Shown here one piece after another: positions 1 to 15,400 of a stretch of DNA of 64,000 nt; the stretch's first letter is position 1; each line of letters opens with the position of its first letter. A model generated the notes under the pieces. That model saw only the letters and a program-made list of their open reading frames with translations, was not told the origin of the DNA and made no database searches. Location: positions 8,915,213 to 8,979,212 of the forward strand of contig CM119270.1 in NCBI GenBank assembly GCA_051294375.1, given 5' to 3'. The translations under genes and the position numbers were made by a program. The stretch comes from Paraspadella gotoi (taxonomy: Eukaryota > Animalia > Chaetognatha).

Positions 1-300
1 TCGATTTGTCAAACAGACTTTTCCTCATCTTCAAATCATCGCGGGAAACGGTGAGCGAAACCTAACTTGAAAGGAATGTGAACCCGATTCAGTGATTGTG
101 GAGATAAGGCGACACGTGAGACTATTCGTAAATTCGTTAGCCCCCTCGCGAGCAATGTAGCGGGTCCTCGGTTTGGAAACTGGTATGTGTATTGTGTATG
201 TGTACCGGGATTGTACCCAGAGCTCATGAGCTGATGGCCAAAGTCTGGGTTAACCTGGGCAAAGCCCGCTACAACTCTTCCCCCCCCGTCAACCCCCAAG

Positions 301-3090
<2,790 letters not shown>

Positions 3091-3965
3091 TTGTAACGAC
3101 AACTAAATGGAACAACTTTTGGAAGAAAATGTGAAAAATACAGCTTCAATAAAATTGTAGTCCACTGTGTTCTGATACAGAAATTATATCACAAAAACTG
3201 ATTTTCTATATTTCTTTATCTCGTAGTACATTTATTTACCAACGCTGTAATTTTTAAATTTCTCATTTTTTAGTTTTTGCAAGACAATTTTTGGCACCGA
3301 AACATCCGTTAGAAACGAAGAAATTTAGCTTTATCAATATCTAGATAGTTTAGCGTTGATCTAAAAATAAATAAACCTCTGTACATATTGGTTAGTACCC
3401 TTCTGTTTACTGCGTATCACAAAATCACGAATTCGAGGCTTGGATTTATTCTTTCTGCTCAATAAAATGAGCTCAAAGACGTGTTTTCTTTCACGTTTGT
3501 CCACTAGCATTTCACAAAAGAAGCCTTATCTGCCTCTTCCTCTTCCTCCTCTTTCTACATCGACTTGATAAATGGGCAGTCAGACTGATTGGCCAGAAGA
3601 TCCCTCACGTTTTCTCCAAACTCGTCTTTTCTGTCCATCGAGGGCATTCAATAATAACTCACCTTTATTTACCGATAAATTTGGGCCTTTTTTGCTCGTT
3701 TTGGGTGTTACATCTGCGCTATTATTGATTGGCTATCTTCCGAAAAGTAAGTAGTATTTATAATTTTTTTTATTTTATTTACTTGCTAGTCTTTTTAAAT
3801 TTATTTGGGTCTTAATATGCCGATAAAATTACGTAGCACTTTTTTTTTTCTTTAAAAACGTTTTTTTTATTTTAATCAAATCATAAATATAAAACTTATT
3901 TTTATCACTAAGTTGCTGATTATTTTATGTCCAGATTTAATTTTTAAAATCGAGTTCTTTGATAC

Positions 3966-4617
3966 GGAAGAGACAGTAATATTTGTTATGAGTTAGTGAT
4001 AGAACCGTTCAATATAAGCAGTCCTGAGCTTCGGATCAGGCTGTAACACCATGTTACAGGCGGGTTAAGCGCCCCGTCCCTCTTAACTGCCAGACGACAC
4101 CGGGCTAGAACCCCGGACCTTTGGGTTGGGAGGCGAATGACTTGCCTCCGGCACCAATGGCCGCTGATGAACGGTTGGTGGATTTTAGTCCACCATACAT
4201 CCCCCCTCCCGTAGGAGAAGTCTGTTGCGTCCTCTTCAGTGAATTGTTGTTGGTGGAAGAGTTCGTCACCAAGTTGAGGCATGTCGCCTGATGCGTTGTG
4301 GGCGGAAAGTGCATCGCAGGTTGAGGCATGTTGCCTGAAAGTGTTGTTGTTTGCTGTTGTGTTCGGAAGTCGGGCTCACCAATGAAGAGACAGTAATTAT
4401 TGTTATGAGTTAGTGATAGAACCGTTCAATATAAGCAGTCCCTGAGCTTCGGATCAGGCTGTAAACACCATGTTACAGGCGGGTTAAGCGCCCCGTCCCT
4501 CTTAACTGCCAGACGACCACCGGCTAGAACCCGGACCTTTGGGTTGGGAGGCGAATGACTTGCCTCCGGCACCAATGGCGCGCTGATGAACGGTGTGGTG
4601 GATTTTAGTCCACCATA
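3966..4617 (-). mobile_element. TRIM (miniature non-autonomous LTR retrotransposon), complete copy
   Basis: Two near-identical ~232-bp direct repeats (3966-4197, 4383-4617) flank a 185-bp non-coding interior. On the minus strand a PBS TGGTGAGCCCGAC (4381-4369) follows the 5' LTR and a polypurine tract GGGAGGGGGG (4210-4201) precedes the 3' LTR. 4-bp TSD ATAC at 3962-3965 and 4618-4621. Confidence 0.92.
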
Positions 4618-5233
4618 ATACTTTGTTTTTGATTTGTTTATAGTTAAAATTTTTATTCCTCTATCGCTTATTTGACATAGTTTTCGACACCAATGACTTC
4701 TAATGCAATAGCTATACCTTTCAAAAACTAATTACCTTGGCTAAGAAGAAAATAAAAATCTTTTTTAAAAGCCGTGCACACGTCTTAAAAAGTATGCGAT
4801 AAAAAAACAATTTCACAAAAAGGGTTTGGACAGAGACATGCGAGACATATGTGAAACGAAAGCTTGTGTTGTCTCGTAATAAAAGAATAAAAAAGAAAGT
4901 GAAAGCCGCGTATAAAAAAAAAATTGTATATTAAAAAGAATTACAAAAAATTATCTATGGCGATATATTTTTGTTATCCTCGGTGCCTTTTCCTTGAAAA
5001 CTTTCGTGACTTTGAAGCCGCTGAGTTCTGGATGCCGTCTTTGATTTTCCTTCTGCACGAGTCCTGAAGGAGGAAATTCGGAAAAGAGAAGTCTGTGGTT
5101 GTTGTTAAAATTGTTAAAGAATAAATTCTTTCTTACTCTGAACTTGTTGCGTCCACAAGTCACTACTAAACGATTTGATGAAACTTTTGGAAAGGGAATT
5201 ATCGAGGCCATTTGCTTTCTCTCTCTCTCTCTC

Positions 5234-5243
5234 NNNNNNNNNN
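5234..5243. other. Assembly gap (10 N) inside a (CT)n tract
   Basis: Run of n characters flanked by CT repeats. Confidence 0.99.
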
Positions 5244-6228
5244 TCTCTCTCTCTATCTTTCTTTCTCTTTTTCTCTCATTATATTCTACCTTTTTCTCTC
5301 TGTGCCATATACAGTAATAGTGGAAAGGATTCTATCACATAAATAGAAAGTTACCATGTCGCAACACTTTCTTACTGGTTCATTTTTTCTTGTTACAATT
5401 AAGCAGTAGTAAAAAATAAAAAAAAGTCTTGCAGGCTTGCGATGATAAATTAATTAACATTTGCAGGAAAGTTTGAAATTACTAAAGTTCAAAGAAAAAA
5501 AGTTATTTTTTTTGGGGGGGGGGTGGCGATAAAAACTTTTTGTGATAGCTTTTAGAATTAATCAAATTATCGCTTAAATACTATCTAGGAAAAAAGAATA
5601 TGACATAATTCATTTATTCAATAAAAAGTATATAAAATATGTGTAAAACATTATGATAATATTCTCAATATTTGGTATACCTTTTCTCAGCATCAATTAC
5701 TGCCTGCCTTTGTCTGGGTATGTTTTTATACAACAAATTGAGGTATGACAGTGAAATGTTTTTCGACATCTTTAACGCAATTTTGTGCAGCCCCAATATT
5801 AATGTTTCCCTCTTTTCTGAGAGCTATAATAATACTTTTTTGAACCAGAAAAAGGTGCAAAGCCTTTATTATTGCCAAATTAAAAAAATATTTAAAAAAA
5901 TAACTAACTCTATTTAAAATAAAAACAAATAATTAAATACCAAAAATGGTAGAAAAATAAATCTTTTTTTTTGCTATTTTTTATTTGAAGTAATAATATT
6001 TTTTTGCCTGTAACTTCTAAACGATTTGACCTCTAAAAAAATAGAAGGAAGCTACTGAAAGGAAATTCAATATAGATTCGGAAACATTCTGATTTTTTTT
6101 AAATTAAATAAGTTTTCGAGTAGATATCTTTTATTAAAAATGTAATATACTTTTTTCCTAGATAGTACGACACCTATTTTTCGATAGATATATAGATAGC
6201 AATAGAATGAAAGAATTTACGAACCTTT

Positions 6229-9200
6229 TTAGAAGTTTCTGGTCACAGTCTTCGTCATGCTCATGGAGCTCCCTTGGGAAAAAAGGTGAAAAATATTGTT
6301 TAATACAATAAAAATGTCCGTAATCTTTATGCAACTACTAGACTAGTATTTGTTAATCACCTCCACTCATCTGCATGCCACCTGACGACATTTTGATGCT
6401 AGAGCTGCTGCCGCCTCCGCCGCCGCTGACGCTCATGGACTCATTCCGGCGCCGCCGCCACTGCCTCCAAAGACATGCCACCGCCGCCCACCCAGTGGAC
6501 ATGCCACCGCCGCCTCCCACCCATGGACATGCCCACCGCCGCCTCCACCCACGGACATGCTGGAGCTCTTGATGGACATGCTGCTGGCTGCGCCGGTGGC
6601 CATGGCGGTTGCTGCCTGGAGGAGCCGAGAACCTCGGTGGCGAACCTGGAAGAGCGTATTACGTTAATAAGGTCATCAAAATCACTGACAATGACATCAT
6701 TGTTCAATCGCTCAATCAGTGATCTTATCTCTTATTCTTTTTTCGATCGTCAGTCTTATTATTTACTAAGCCAATCATTTGATCATTCCATCTTCACGTC
6801 CTCCTCCTACTTTCATGACAAATCTTCACCTGGTCTCCTCTCCAGACAGAAGCCTTTGTAGGTGGTGATTTCGACGTCGAGAGCCAGCTTGTGATCGGTG
6901 AGCGCCTTCAGCTCGATCACGTACTCGGCGAGCGAAAGCCCTCAGGCCGGCGATGATTCCGTCGCGCTCTTCGATGGAGAGAGCGGCGGCGGCGGCGGCG
7001 GCCGCCATCTCCGCCCTCAAGAGAGGCCACGCGCTCAGTGGCGGCGGCCAACTGAGCACGCAGGGAGATGAGCTCGGCCTGGAGCGACTGGTATTTGGAC
7101 CTGGAGGCGCTGACCTCGTTGTTTGGCGGCGGCGAGGGTCGCTGGTAGCCCGCTGGGTGGAGCCATGACCTGGAAAGGAGGAGTTGAACAAGATTGGGAG
7201 GATTTGCTAGGAAGAGGCCGGAGAATGTATGAATTACATAAGGATAATAGAAATACAATATGGAAAAAAAAAAAATAAAAGTCATGAATATTAAATATTT
7301 CAAAAATACGAAATACAAGTAATTTTCCAATAAAGCTTTCTTAACGCCCTCATTAGACATCAACCCTAACCAAAGTAAACATTGAAGCCAATATGGTGGA
7401 CTAAAATCCACCAACCGTTCATCAGCGGCCATTGGTGCCGGAGGCAAGTCATTCGCCTCCCAACCCAAAGGTCCGGGGTTCTAGCCCGGTGGTCGTCTCG
7501 CAGTTAGAGGAGGGGGGGCGCTTAACCCGCCTGTAACATGGTGTTACAGCCTGATCCGAAGCTGAGGGACTGCTTATATTGAACGGTTCTGTCATTAACA
7601 CAACAATTATTACTGTCTCTTCACCAACTAAAATTAAATTTAAGCTCTATCCCAACCAAATCTCAATCCGTAATCCAATGCAATACAACAAAATACACCA
7701 ACAAACCAGGAATGCCTAACCCCAAGCCCTCTAACCCCTTACCCCAACTCACCTCGTTGAACTTGGCCTGTACCAGGCGTCGGTGTCCTGAGTCCTGGTC
7801 GCCTCCATGATGGACTCGTACTCTCCCCGGATGTCGCGGAGGGCGGGGCCAACTCGTTGGAGAAGGCGGAGGCGAAGGCGTCGGAGCCGAGGTCGATGGC
7901 CATCAGGGCCTTGACCTTCTCTTCGTACTATGTTGGTGAGGAAGGAGAATCTCGTCGTCCTTGCTCTGGAGTTGGGGTATTATTGATTGATTGATCGGAT
8001 CGATTGATTGATTGATTGGATTGATTGATTGGATCGATTGGTTGTTTGTTTTGTTTCCAAAGGAGTAATTTATTAATTATGGATTGATAAAATGTTTTTG
8101 TTGACTTGTTTGTTTGGTTGACTTGTTTCATTAATTTACTGATCAGTGATCACTCATCGAACAATAATTTACTATTCCTCTGTCGCAATGTCATTTAAAT
8201 GATTTGATCCAGATTTAATGATGAAATTCTCCTAAGCTTGTTCCAAATGATTGATTTGCTGACTCACCGTGACCAAGGACTCGAGCTCGACGCGGGCAAC
8301 AACCTCCGCGTCGCCGGATTGCTTGGCGACGCCGAGATCCTTTTGCAGAGACGCAACCTGCGCCTTCAAGCGGCTGATCTCCATCTTGAAGGTGGAGGGG
8401 TGGGGAGGGGATGGGCGGTAAAGGGGGAAGGGGGAAATTGTGGAGAAAAGAGGTTGGGTCGATGGAGATTAAAAGAACGGTTGAGTGGTTGTAGAATTTG
8501 TCGTTAGATTTCAAGAAAATAACAGAATAAAAAAATAAAAATGAGTGTTTTGGCCTCAGGAAACATTTGTGTCAAAAACAGAAATCAAAATCCAGAAACT
8601 ATTTATTATGAAGAAATAATAATCGAATATAAAACCAAAAAAGTAAATTGAAAAACTTTGGGTCACTTCCTTACCTCCATGGCGGAGACGTTCTTGGTGA
8701 GGAAGTCGACCTGAGCTTCGCGCTCGGACACCATCTTCTCAAGCTTTGGCACCGACTCCTGGTCACGATGTGAGCCTGGTCCTCGGTGTTGTACAGACCC
8801 TGCAGCTCGGTCACCCTCGCCTCGAGACCTGCGACCTGTTAAAGGGTTTCAGCAAGTCAGATGCTCTAATTTTTCCCCAACTATCCCCATGTGACCCCCC
8901 CACCTGTTTTCCACTCACCTTGAGCTCGATGGCGGCCTTGGCGGCGGTGGTCTCATCGAGCGCCTTCCTGGCGGCGAAGAGCTCCGCGTCGTAGATGGCG
9001 CGGAGGGTCGGTCCAACTCCTCAAACTTGACCGTCAGCGTTCGTGATGATTCCTTGGAGACGCTTGTTGTCCGCCTCGAGGAAGTCGACGCGCTCGATGT
9101 AGGAGGCGAACCTTTAAAAGAGAATGGGGTAGTAAATTGTTAAGAATTTATAGTAAGATTAAAACTTCAAATTGTAAAATTTAATAACATTGGTTGTACC

Positions 9201-9723
9201 AATTTCATAACAGATTTGAAAATTTCCAAAAAAATTTATAAAATAATTTTTAATTATAAATTGGTAAGGATTGAGACATGAAACTAACTAAAATCTATTT
9301 AAGATGGCATTTGATTTAAGTCGAATTTCATTTTCAAAATTAGTCTCGGCTAAGTTTTTTTTCAAATTTATTTGTTCAGATTCATTTAGGCATATATATT
9401 TAGATATTTATATATTTAGATATATTTAGATTTAATTTTTTATTCAAATAAAAAAATGAAATTTGGAACAAATTCTTAATAAAGTAAGATTAAAACTTAA
9501 AACCTTTAAAAAACTAAATTTAAATTTAAAAGATGCACCTGTCGTTCAACTCTTGAAGGGCCAACTTTTCCTTTTCCCTGGAAACGACGACCTGGCTCGG
9601 GCTGACGGCCAACTCCTTCGCCACGATTGACGACGATCCCCCGAGAGACATCATCGCCATCTTCAGGGAATTGCTTCCCTGATGGAGGCGGGAAGGGAGG
9701 AAGAAAAAGAATCAGAGGGATTG

Positions 9724-9755
<32 letters not shown>

Positions 9756-10233
9756 AAGAAAAAAAAGAAAAAAAAAGAAAGAAAACAAAAGAAAGCAAAA
9801 TAAAAATCCTAATAAGAAAAAAATAAGAAATAAAAAAACAAAAAAAGAAAGAAAACATTTTTTTAAAAACAATTTTAAAAGTTTTTTAAATTAACTCAAA
9901 ACGAACAATATTTAAATATGAAGCGTTTTTTTAAAGATTGACATAAGGATCTCGATTGAACTTACTCTGGATCCCGACGCAGCGCCGCCTCCGGATCCGG
10001 CTGCAAGGTTCACCGATCTCACTTTGATCGCAGACGAGACTCCAATACCTGACATTCCGCCAAAGGCCATGGCGCTGCCTCCACCGCCGCTGCCATACAT
10101 GGCTTGGGATAGATAGGGTTGGGAGAGAAAGAAGGAGACAGACAGAAAAAGAGAAAGAAAGAAATAATAGAGAAAAAAAGAAATGGGAAAAGAGAGAGAA
10201 AAAAAGAAGAGGGAAAAGAAAGAAAGAAAAAGA

Positions 10234-10301
<68 letters not shown>

Positions 10302-10446
10302 TACGATTTAGTCCAATTGACACGCCTCATATAGTATATATTTTAAATCACACTCGGTTCGCCACACTCCAATGACACTTACCGGCCGAAGAACCACCCC
10401 CGATGGAGGTTGAGGACGATGAGGAGTAATGAACGTGAGATGCCAT
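6229..10446 (-). CDS. Cytoplasmic intermediate filament protein (long coil 1B, Gly/Ser/Met-rich head and tail); several frameshifts as assembled
   Basis: Minus-strand exons 10446-10383, 10102-9966, 9678-9539, 9111-8919, 8835-8675, 8384-8268, 7965-7753, 7169-6830, 6645-6361 and 6272-6229. Coil 1A motif EKEKLALQELNDRFASYIERVDFLEADNKRL; coil 2 start ALRDIRGEYE; rod end KLALDVEITTY(K/R)RLLSGEETR; C-terminus SSMSMTKTVTRNF*. AATAAA on the minus strand at ~6135-6130. Confidence 0.9.
7392..7623 (+). mobile_element. Solo LTR of the same TRIM family, in an IF-gene intron
   Basis: Reverse complement of the 3966-4197 and 4383-4617 repeats (TATGGTGG...CTCTTCA). Flanked by 4-bp TSD CCAA at 7388-7391 and 7624-7627. 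Confidence 0.92.
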
Positions 10447-10507
10447 TTCTTCTCGGATCGCGTGGAGTTTCGAAGTCGTCGTCGTCGTCTTTACAGAGGA
10501 GAGAGGA

Positions 10508-10544
10508 GAGTGAAGCGGCCCGTCAAAGGCTCAACCCTTTTATA
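10508..10544 (-). promoter_or_regulatory. TATA box and Inr-like element of the IF gene
   Basis: Minus-strand TATAAAAG starting at 10544, with TCACTC ~31-33 nt downstream and the start codon at 10446. Confidence 0.6.
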
Positions 10545-13500
10545 GGCTCTTGTCTCGGCGTCTTGGGCCTCGTCGCGTCGGGGGACCCGATAATGGAAAG
10601 AAGAGTGGCTGCGACCTCGAAAGGTTTGAGGTTTTCTTTGTTCGCTCTCGTTATTTTTTCTTCTCTTCCTTTCACGGCTCGCGATTGGTCGGTACCGTCG
10701 CGTGGCGTAGTAAAACTGGTTCGTCATTGGTTGGCGTCAATTCGGCGTTTCCGAAAAAAAAAAAATTACGTGGGATTCCTAGAATTAAAAAAAATAATTT
10801 AAATTTAATTTAAAAAACAAATTTCAAGATGCCCCGAAAATTGAGATTTCATCGTTTCGTAATTTTCTCCCCTTAAAATATTTATTTTTTCATTGACCAA
10901 TTGACCGGAACCCAAATTATCTAATCAGGTTAATTTTTTGTGAGTACACGTAGCGAAACGAGGATACAATTTTTTTTTTCAATTTAAATCTGATTTGATA
11001 ATTTTTATTTCATTTCGTTAGTAAGTGGATTTAAGAAAACATATTTTGATTTTCACAACGAATTTAAATCATATTTTATGGCAACGTGGAGATATGTGTG
11101 AAGCATCTCCAAACATCTTGCGCTCAGGGATTTGGACATGCAGAGTACCACCCCAAATAACTATCGTGTTTTTGCCGAGACTATCACTCTTAACCAGCGT
11201 GACCGTAAGCGGATTGAACCCGGAACTGTCCAAGCAAATGGGACGAGCTGAATTTCACAAAGCTATACGGGAAGCGAATTTCGGATTCGCCACAACCTAT
11301 AATTTAAGTAGTTAACTGGTTAATTTTAAATCGGTTACCAAGTTAGGCGGAGGACCAAATTTACCGGTTAACCGATGAAAAATATGAAACGGAACATCGT
11401 TGAAAAGCGATATGCAAATGAAAATGAATGACCCTTTATTTAAAAGGTGACCGCGGTACATAATGCCTGGAGCTGCTTACCTTGTTCTTGAATTCTTTTT
11501 TCCCATCTGGGTTACCTGTTGTTCGCGTTTACGGTAAAGGGCTAATTTTTTTAATTATGAGTCGTTAAGGAAAATTGAGGTGTGCTTTCTTCTTCTGGTT
11601 CTTTTTTTTTTTTTTAAATTTTATGGCTCTCTACCTTTTTTCGCTCGTGTGAGTGTCTTGTGTGGCGATGGGGGTCAACCGGTGGGCGAAAAGTTCACCT
11701 TTCTTACTAAAGCAAGAAATGAGATAGATTACTTCGGATTTTCGCTGGTTATATCATCGATTGATTAATCTATATTAAATGAGGTCTCAAATATTAAAAT
11801 ATTATATTTTAAAATTTATTTGAATTCATGATCATAAAGATTTTAAAGTATGCCTTATCTATGTAATAAAACAACGTTATGGCGAATTTAATGGACTAAA
11901 ATCGTCCTCTCCAGTGTTTGGATCTTTCTGATTGAAATAAAACCTTTTTTACATTCATATATCGCATAGTCCTATTACTTGGTAATTTTTTATTTAACTA
12001 CATAATTTCCCTTTTTTTCCTGAAATGGTAAACAAATGATTCTTTGAGAGTATAAAGGAATTCAGAAAATCCGAAGGAATGTAGCGTGCTAAAACAATTT
12101 GGATTATTTTTTCGACAAGTCTTTTGTTATTACTAATTTATATCAGTTTAGGCAGAGGGAACTAAAAAAATTATCTTATTAGGCTTCCTATTTTTTCTTT
12201 GTCTTGTCTCCCTTTTCCTTTCTTTCACTTTCCTTTTCTCTCTCTCTATAAATTAAATAAATGTAAAATAATTTTTTCACAGATTTAGTTTTGAATGATT
12301 TTTTAAATACTTGGTACGGAAGGCCGATGCGAGGCTCACGGGCAAAAGAAAGCCCGCAAGACTTGACCTGTAAAAAGACCTGGCCAGGCGAGGAGAACCG
12401 AAAAAGATTGACCCGACCCGATCATCGCCATTTTTTTTCTTTTATTATTTCAGGTTTGTAAAACTTTTTAAAACTTTCTCGCTTTATTTTTTACTTTAAG
12501 TGTAGACAGGATATGAAGTTCACCGACATAATTGTAATTTGTTTTTTTCGTCACCATTACCTGGTTATAAAAAAATTTAAAACGAAAATAGCTGAAACAA
12601 AGGGAGGAGGAGGGGAATTCAGAGTAGCCTCATCTTCGAAAAGAAAATTCAGATAATGTATGTTTTTACTAGTTTGTACGTACTTTTTATTCTAGTTTAC
12701 GTTTAATAATTTTAGTTTCGGGTCATGTTGGTTGTTTATTACAAAAGCGAATTTAAGATCGAACTTTCGTTTTCCGTCTTTGTTGTCGTCGTCGTCGTCG
12801 TCGTCAGAATCGATGATAAATCCCTGCTAACACTTCTCCGTCCATACTTAAGACATAATTCCAAGATCTTCGTATCCATTTTCCACTTCTGAGTAGTGGC
12901 AGAGGCGCCGTACCGTATATTTGCTATACATCCCCTCTTTTGTATGCAAATACGTTGTCTCTCTATTATTTTTTTTTTCTTGTCGTGCTTATTAAATAGT
13001 TTGGACCGTTTATTTCTGTTTGTGTCCTTTGTGTTTCTATAATTTGCTTTGCTTTGCTAACGAATTACATTATTTTTAAAAATATTGTAAAACATTTTTA
13101 TCGTAAGTTTTCACGTTTCCATTGAAGGTTAATCATTTACTCTCAATTAGTTGCTCCTTTCTTTAATTTAAATAGTTTCTGTTTGGCTAGATCTCGCTCC
13201 GGACTGGTGTGCTAACACTAACAAATGACCAACTGCCTATTGGTTGTGATAATTCTGAAAAACCCGTTTATTTTTCGTTTTAAAATACTTTTATTTTTAC
13301 GTTTCAACTTAAAAAAATAGAATAAGTTTTAATTTTTAATTTTCTTTTTTAAAAATAATATATTGACATTAATTACATCAATATATTTTCATTTTACTTA
13401 ATTATGCACGGTTTAATTACCAAAATTCATAAGCGATTATCTAACCCCCTCTCATGATATTTTCTCGATCGGCGAAGTTTCCTCCCGACTGTAATCATAT

Positions 13501-14074
13501 CGGGTTTTTTTTTCCTTTTTTTTAATTTATGATTTTTATAAACATTAGACTCTAATTTAGAGAGGAGAAAAGTAATAAAGAGGAATTCCGATGTCTTTTG
13601 TTATAAACTTAAGTGGGATAAATTGCGGATTCGGAGATTGAAGAGGCCTCAGACGAGGATTTTTTTTCCCGCAGTATTACAGTATTACAAGTTAAAGATC
13701 TTTTGTTTTTAATTTCGTTGCTTCACATTTTCTTGCTACTTTAGGGTTAAGAAATATAGCGGATAGAGAATAAGGGCCAAGGGGTTAGTAAGTAAGTGAT
13801 GGTAATTATTTTTTATGTGTACAAACTTTTAAATCTATCTAAACAATTACAAAGTAATTACAATGATAAGCTGTTTACGGACAGACCAAACTACAAAATG
13901 ACTTTCAAATCTCCTTATTTATGCTACTGAAATATGTCATTATGGAGTCAATCTCGAGTTCATAAATTATTTATAAATAATTTGTTGTTTGTTGTTTGTC
14001 CTTGACAAAAAAATTATAGAAATTTCTTATTCAACCGAATTTATGAGAGAATCATGTTTTTTTTTTTTTTTCAG

Positions 14075-15400
14075 ATGTCATCCGTCCGCCAGCCATGTTT
14101 GAGTTCAAAAGTGATGGAAGAATCAAATGGTTTTTCCGTTGATGCCTGCAACGTTTTGAACGAATCTGAAGATTTAACTCAAGAATCCGATTTTTCTGCT
14201 GAATTTAATTTTTGGACTGAAAAAAAAGATGTAAAAGATGATTGCATCACAATGAGTTTTAACCTCGGAGATTTCTTGGCTCAGGGATATTCCAATTCCA
14301 AAAATGTAGTAAATCTCAGCGAAAATTATGAAGTTGCAAGTAACTTTCTGGATGATTTGGGAAACTCTTCTTCTGAACAGAACGTTTCTGTAAATGACGA
14401 TAAGCTAGACACTAACTTAGAACAAAGTCATTTTAGAAGTAGCCAATTAGAAAATTTGAACGGTTCAAAACAAGAAGAAATGACAATTTACAAGACAAAG
14501 AATTCGGAAAGATTCTTAAACGATAATTATGTAGCGACTTCCAAGCAGATTAATTTTGAAATACACGCCGAAGTTTCGGAAATTTTCAAGCGAGATGATT
14601 TTGTGATTTGCAAGCAAAATGATTTTGACACATGCGAACAAGATGACTTGAAAACTCAAAAACTAGATGATGAAGAAACTTTAATACGAGATAAGTCGGA
14701 AGCTTACCAGAAAGTTGATGGATTTTACCTACCGGATGATGAAGAAGATAACCAAAAAGCTTTTTCAGAACTCTATGAAAGTCATCCCATTGAATTTCCC
14801 AAAACCAAAGATTTTGACTCCCGCCAAAATTTTGGAACAAGGATCTACACAAGCTTATTGGCAAAACCTGGATCAAAAGAAGGTTTACCAGAGGATGAAA
14901 ATTCAAATATAACTGATAAACAGCTTCGGAATCCAGAATTCAATAAATATACTAAAGACGAATACAACTGTACGGAGTTGGATTTTCAAACGAATACCAA
15001 AACTCAAGTTGATAATCATCAAGCGACCCACATTACAAAGAGTATGTGCGAGATTTGTAACTTTATAGGGAATATCAAAGATTTGAGAAAACATTATTTA
15101 GCCGATGAAAAGAGTTCAATTCGGAAATGTTGCAAATGTGATTACACAGCAAAACAACGGGTAAATGTGATTAAACACGCGATGAAAAAACACGGTGTTG
15201 TGATCAAAGAAAGAACTTTGAAATGTAAAGTTTGTTCCTTCAAAACGGACGCGTTAATTAAACTGAAACATCACGTTAAAACTCATATTAAACAAAGCTC
15301 CTACTTGTGTGACCATTGTGGGTTTAAAGTAATAGGATATGATTGTTTTATGACGCACAAAATGATTCACAGTAAAGAAAGCAATGAAGGAACAAGTTAA
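14075..15400 (+). CDS. C2H2 zinc-finger protein (acidic low-complexity N-terminus, 3-4 C-terminal fingers), single coding exon
   Basis: Poly-T/CAG acceptor directly before ATG 14075. Fingers CCKCDYTAKQRVNVIKHAMKKH, CKVCSFKTDALIKLKHHVKTH and CDHCGFKVIGYDCFMTHKMIH, plus a degenerate CEIC...H finger. Confidence 0.88.
   Translation: MSSVRQPCLSSKVMEESNGFSVDACNVLNESEDLTQESDFSAEFNFWTEKKDVKDDCITMSFNLGDFLAQGYSNSKNVVNLSENYEVASNFLDDLGNSSSEQNVSVNDDKLDTNLEQSHFRSSQLENLNGSKQEEMTIYKTKNSERFLNDNYVATSKQINFEIHAEVSEIFKRDDFVICKQNDFDTCEQDDLKTQKLDDEETLIRDKSEAYQKVDGFYLPDDEEDNQKAFSELYESHPIEFPKTKDFDSRQNFGTRIYTSLLAKPGSKEGLPEDENSNITDKQLRNPEFNKYTKDEYNCTELDFQTNTKTQVDNHQATHITKSMCEICNFIGNIKDLRKHYLADEKSSIRKCCKCDYTAKQRVNVIKHAMKKHGVVIKERTLKCKVCSFKTDALIKLKHHVKTHIKQSSYLCDHCGFKVIGYDCFMTHKMIHSKESNEGTS

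Noticed and set aside
3360-5830. Possible small minus-strand gene between IMPDH and the IF gene (open stretches near 3400-3720, 4951-5210 and 5680-5823)
   Set aside because: No recognisable motif, weak acceptors, and an N gap plus indel noise prevent a consistent exon chain.
6353-6360. IF gene ending at MSGGD*
   Set aside because: A phase-1 donor after 6361 joins a better terminal exon (6272-6229, GSSMSMTKTVTRNF*) followed by a poly(A) signal.
12310-12960. GC-richer, exon-like patches on the minus strand, including an Asp-run frame
   Set aside because: I could not assemble a consistent spliced ORF or recognise any homology.
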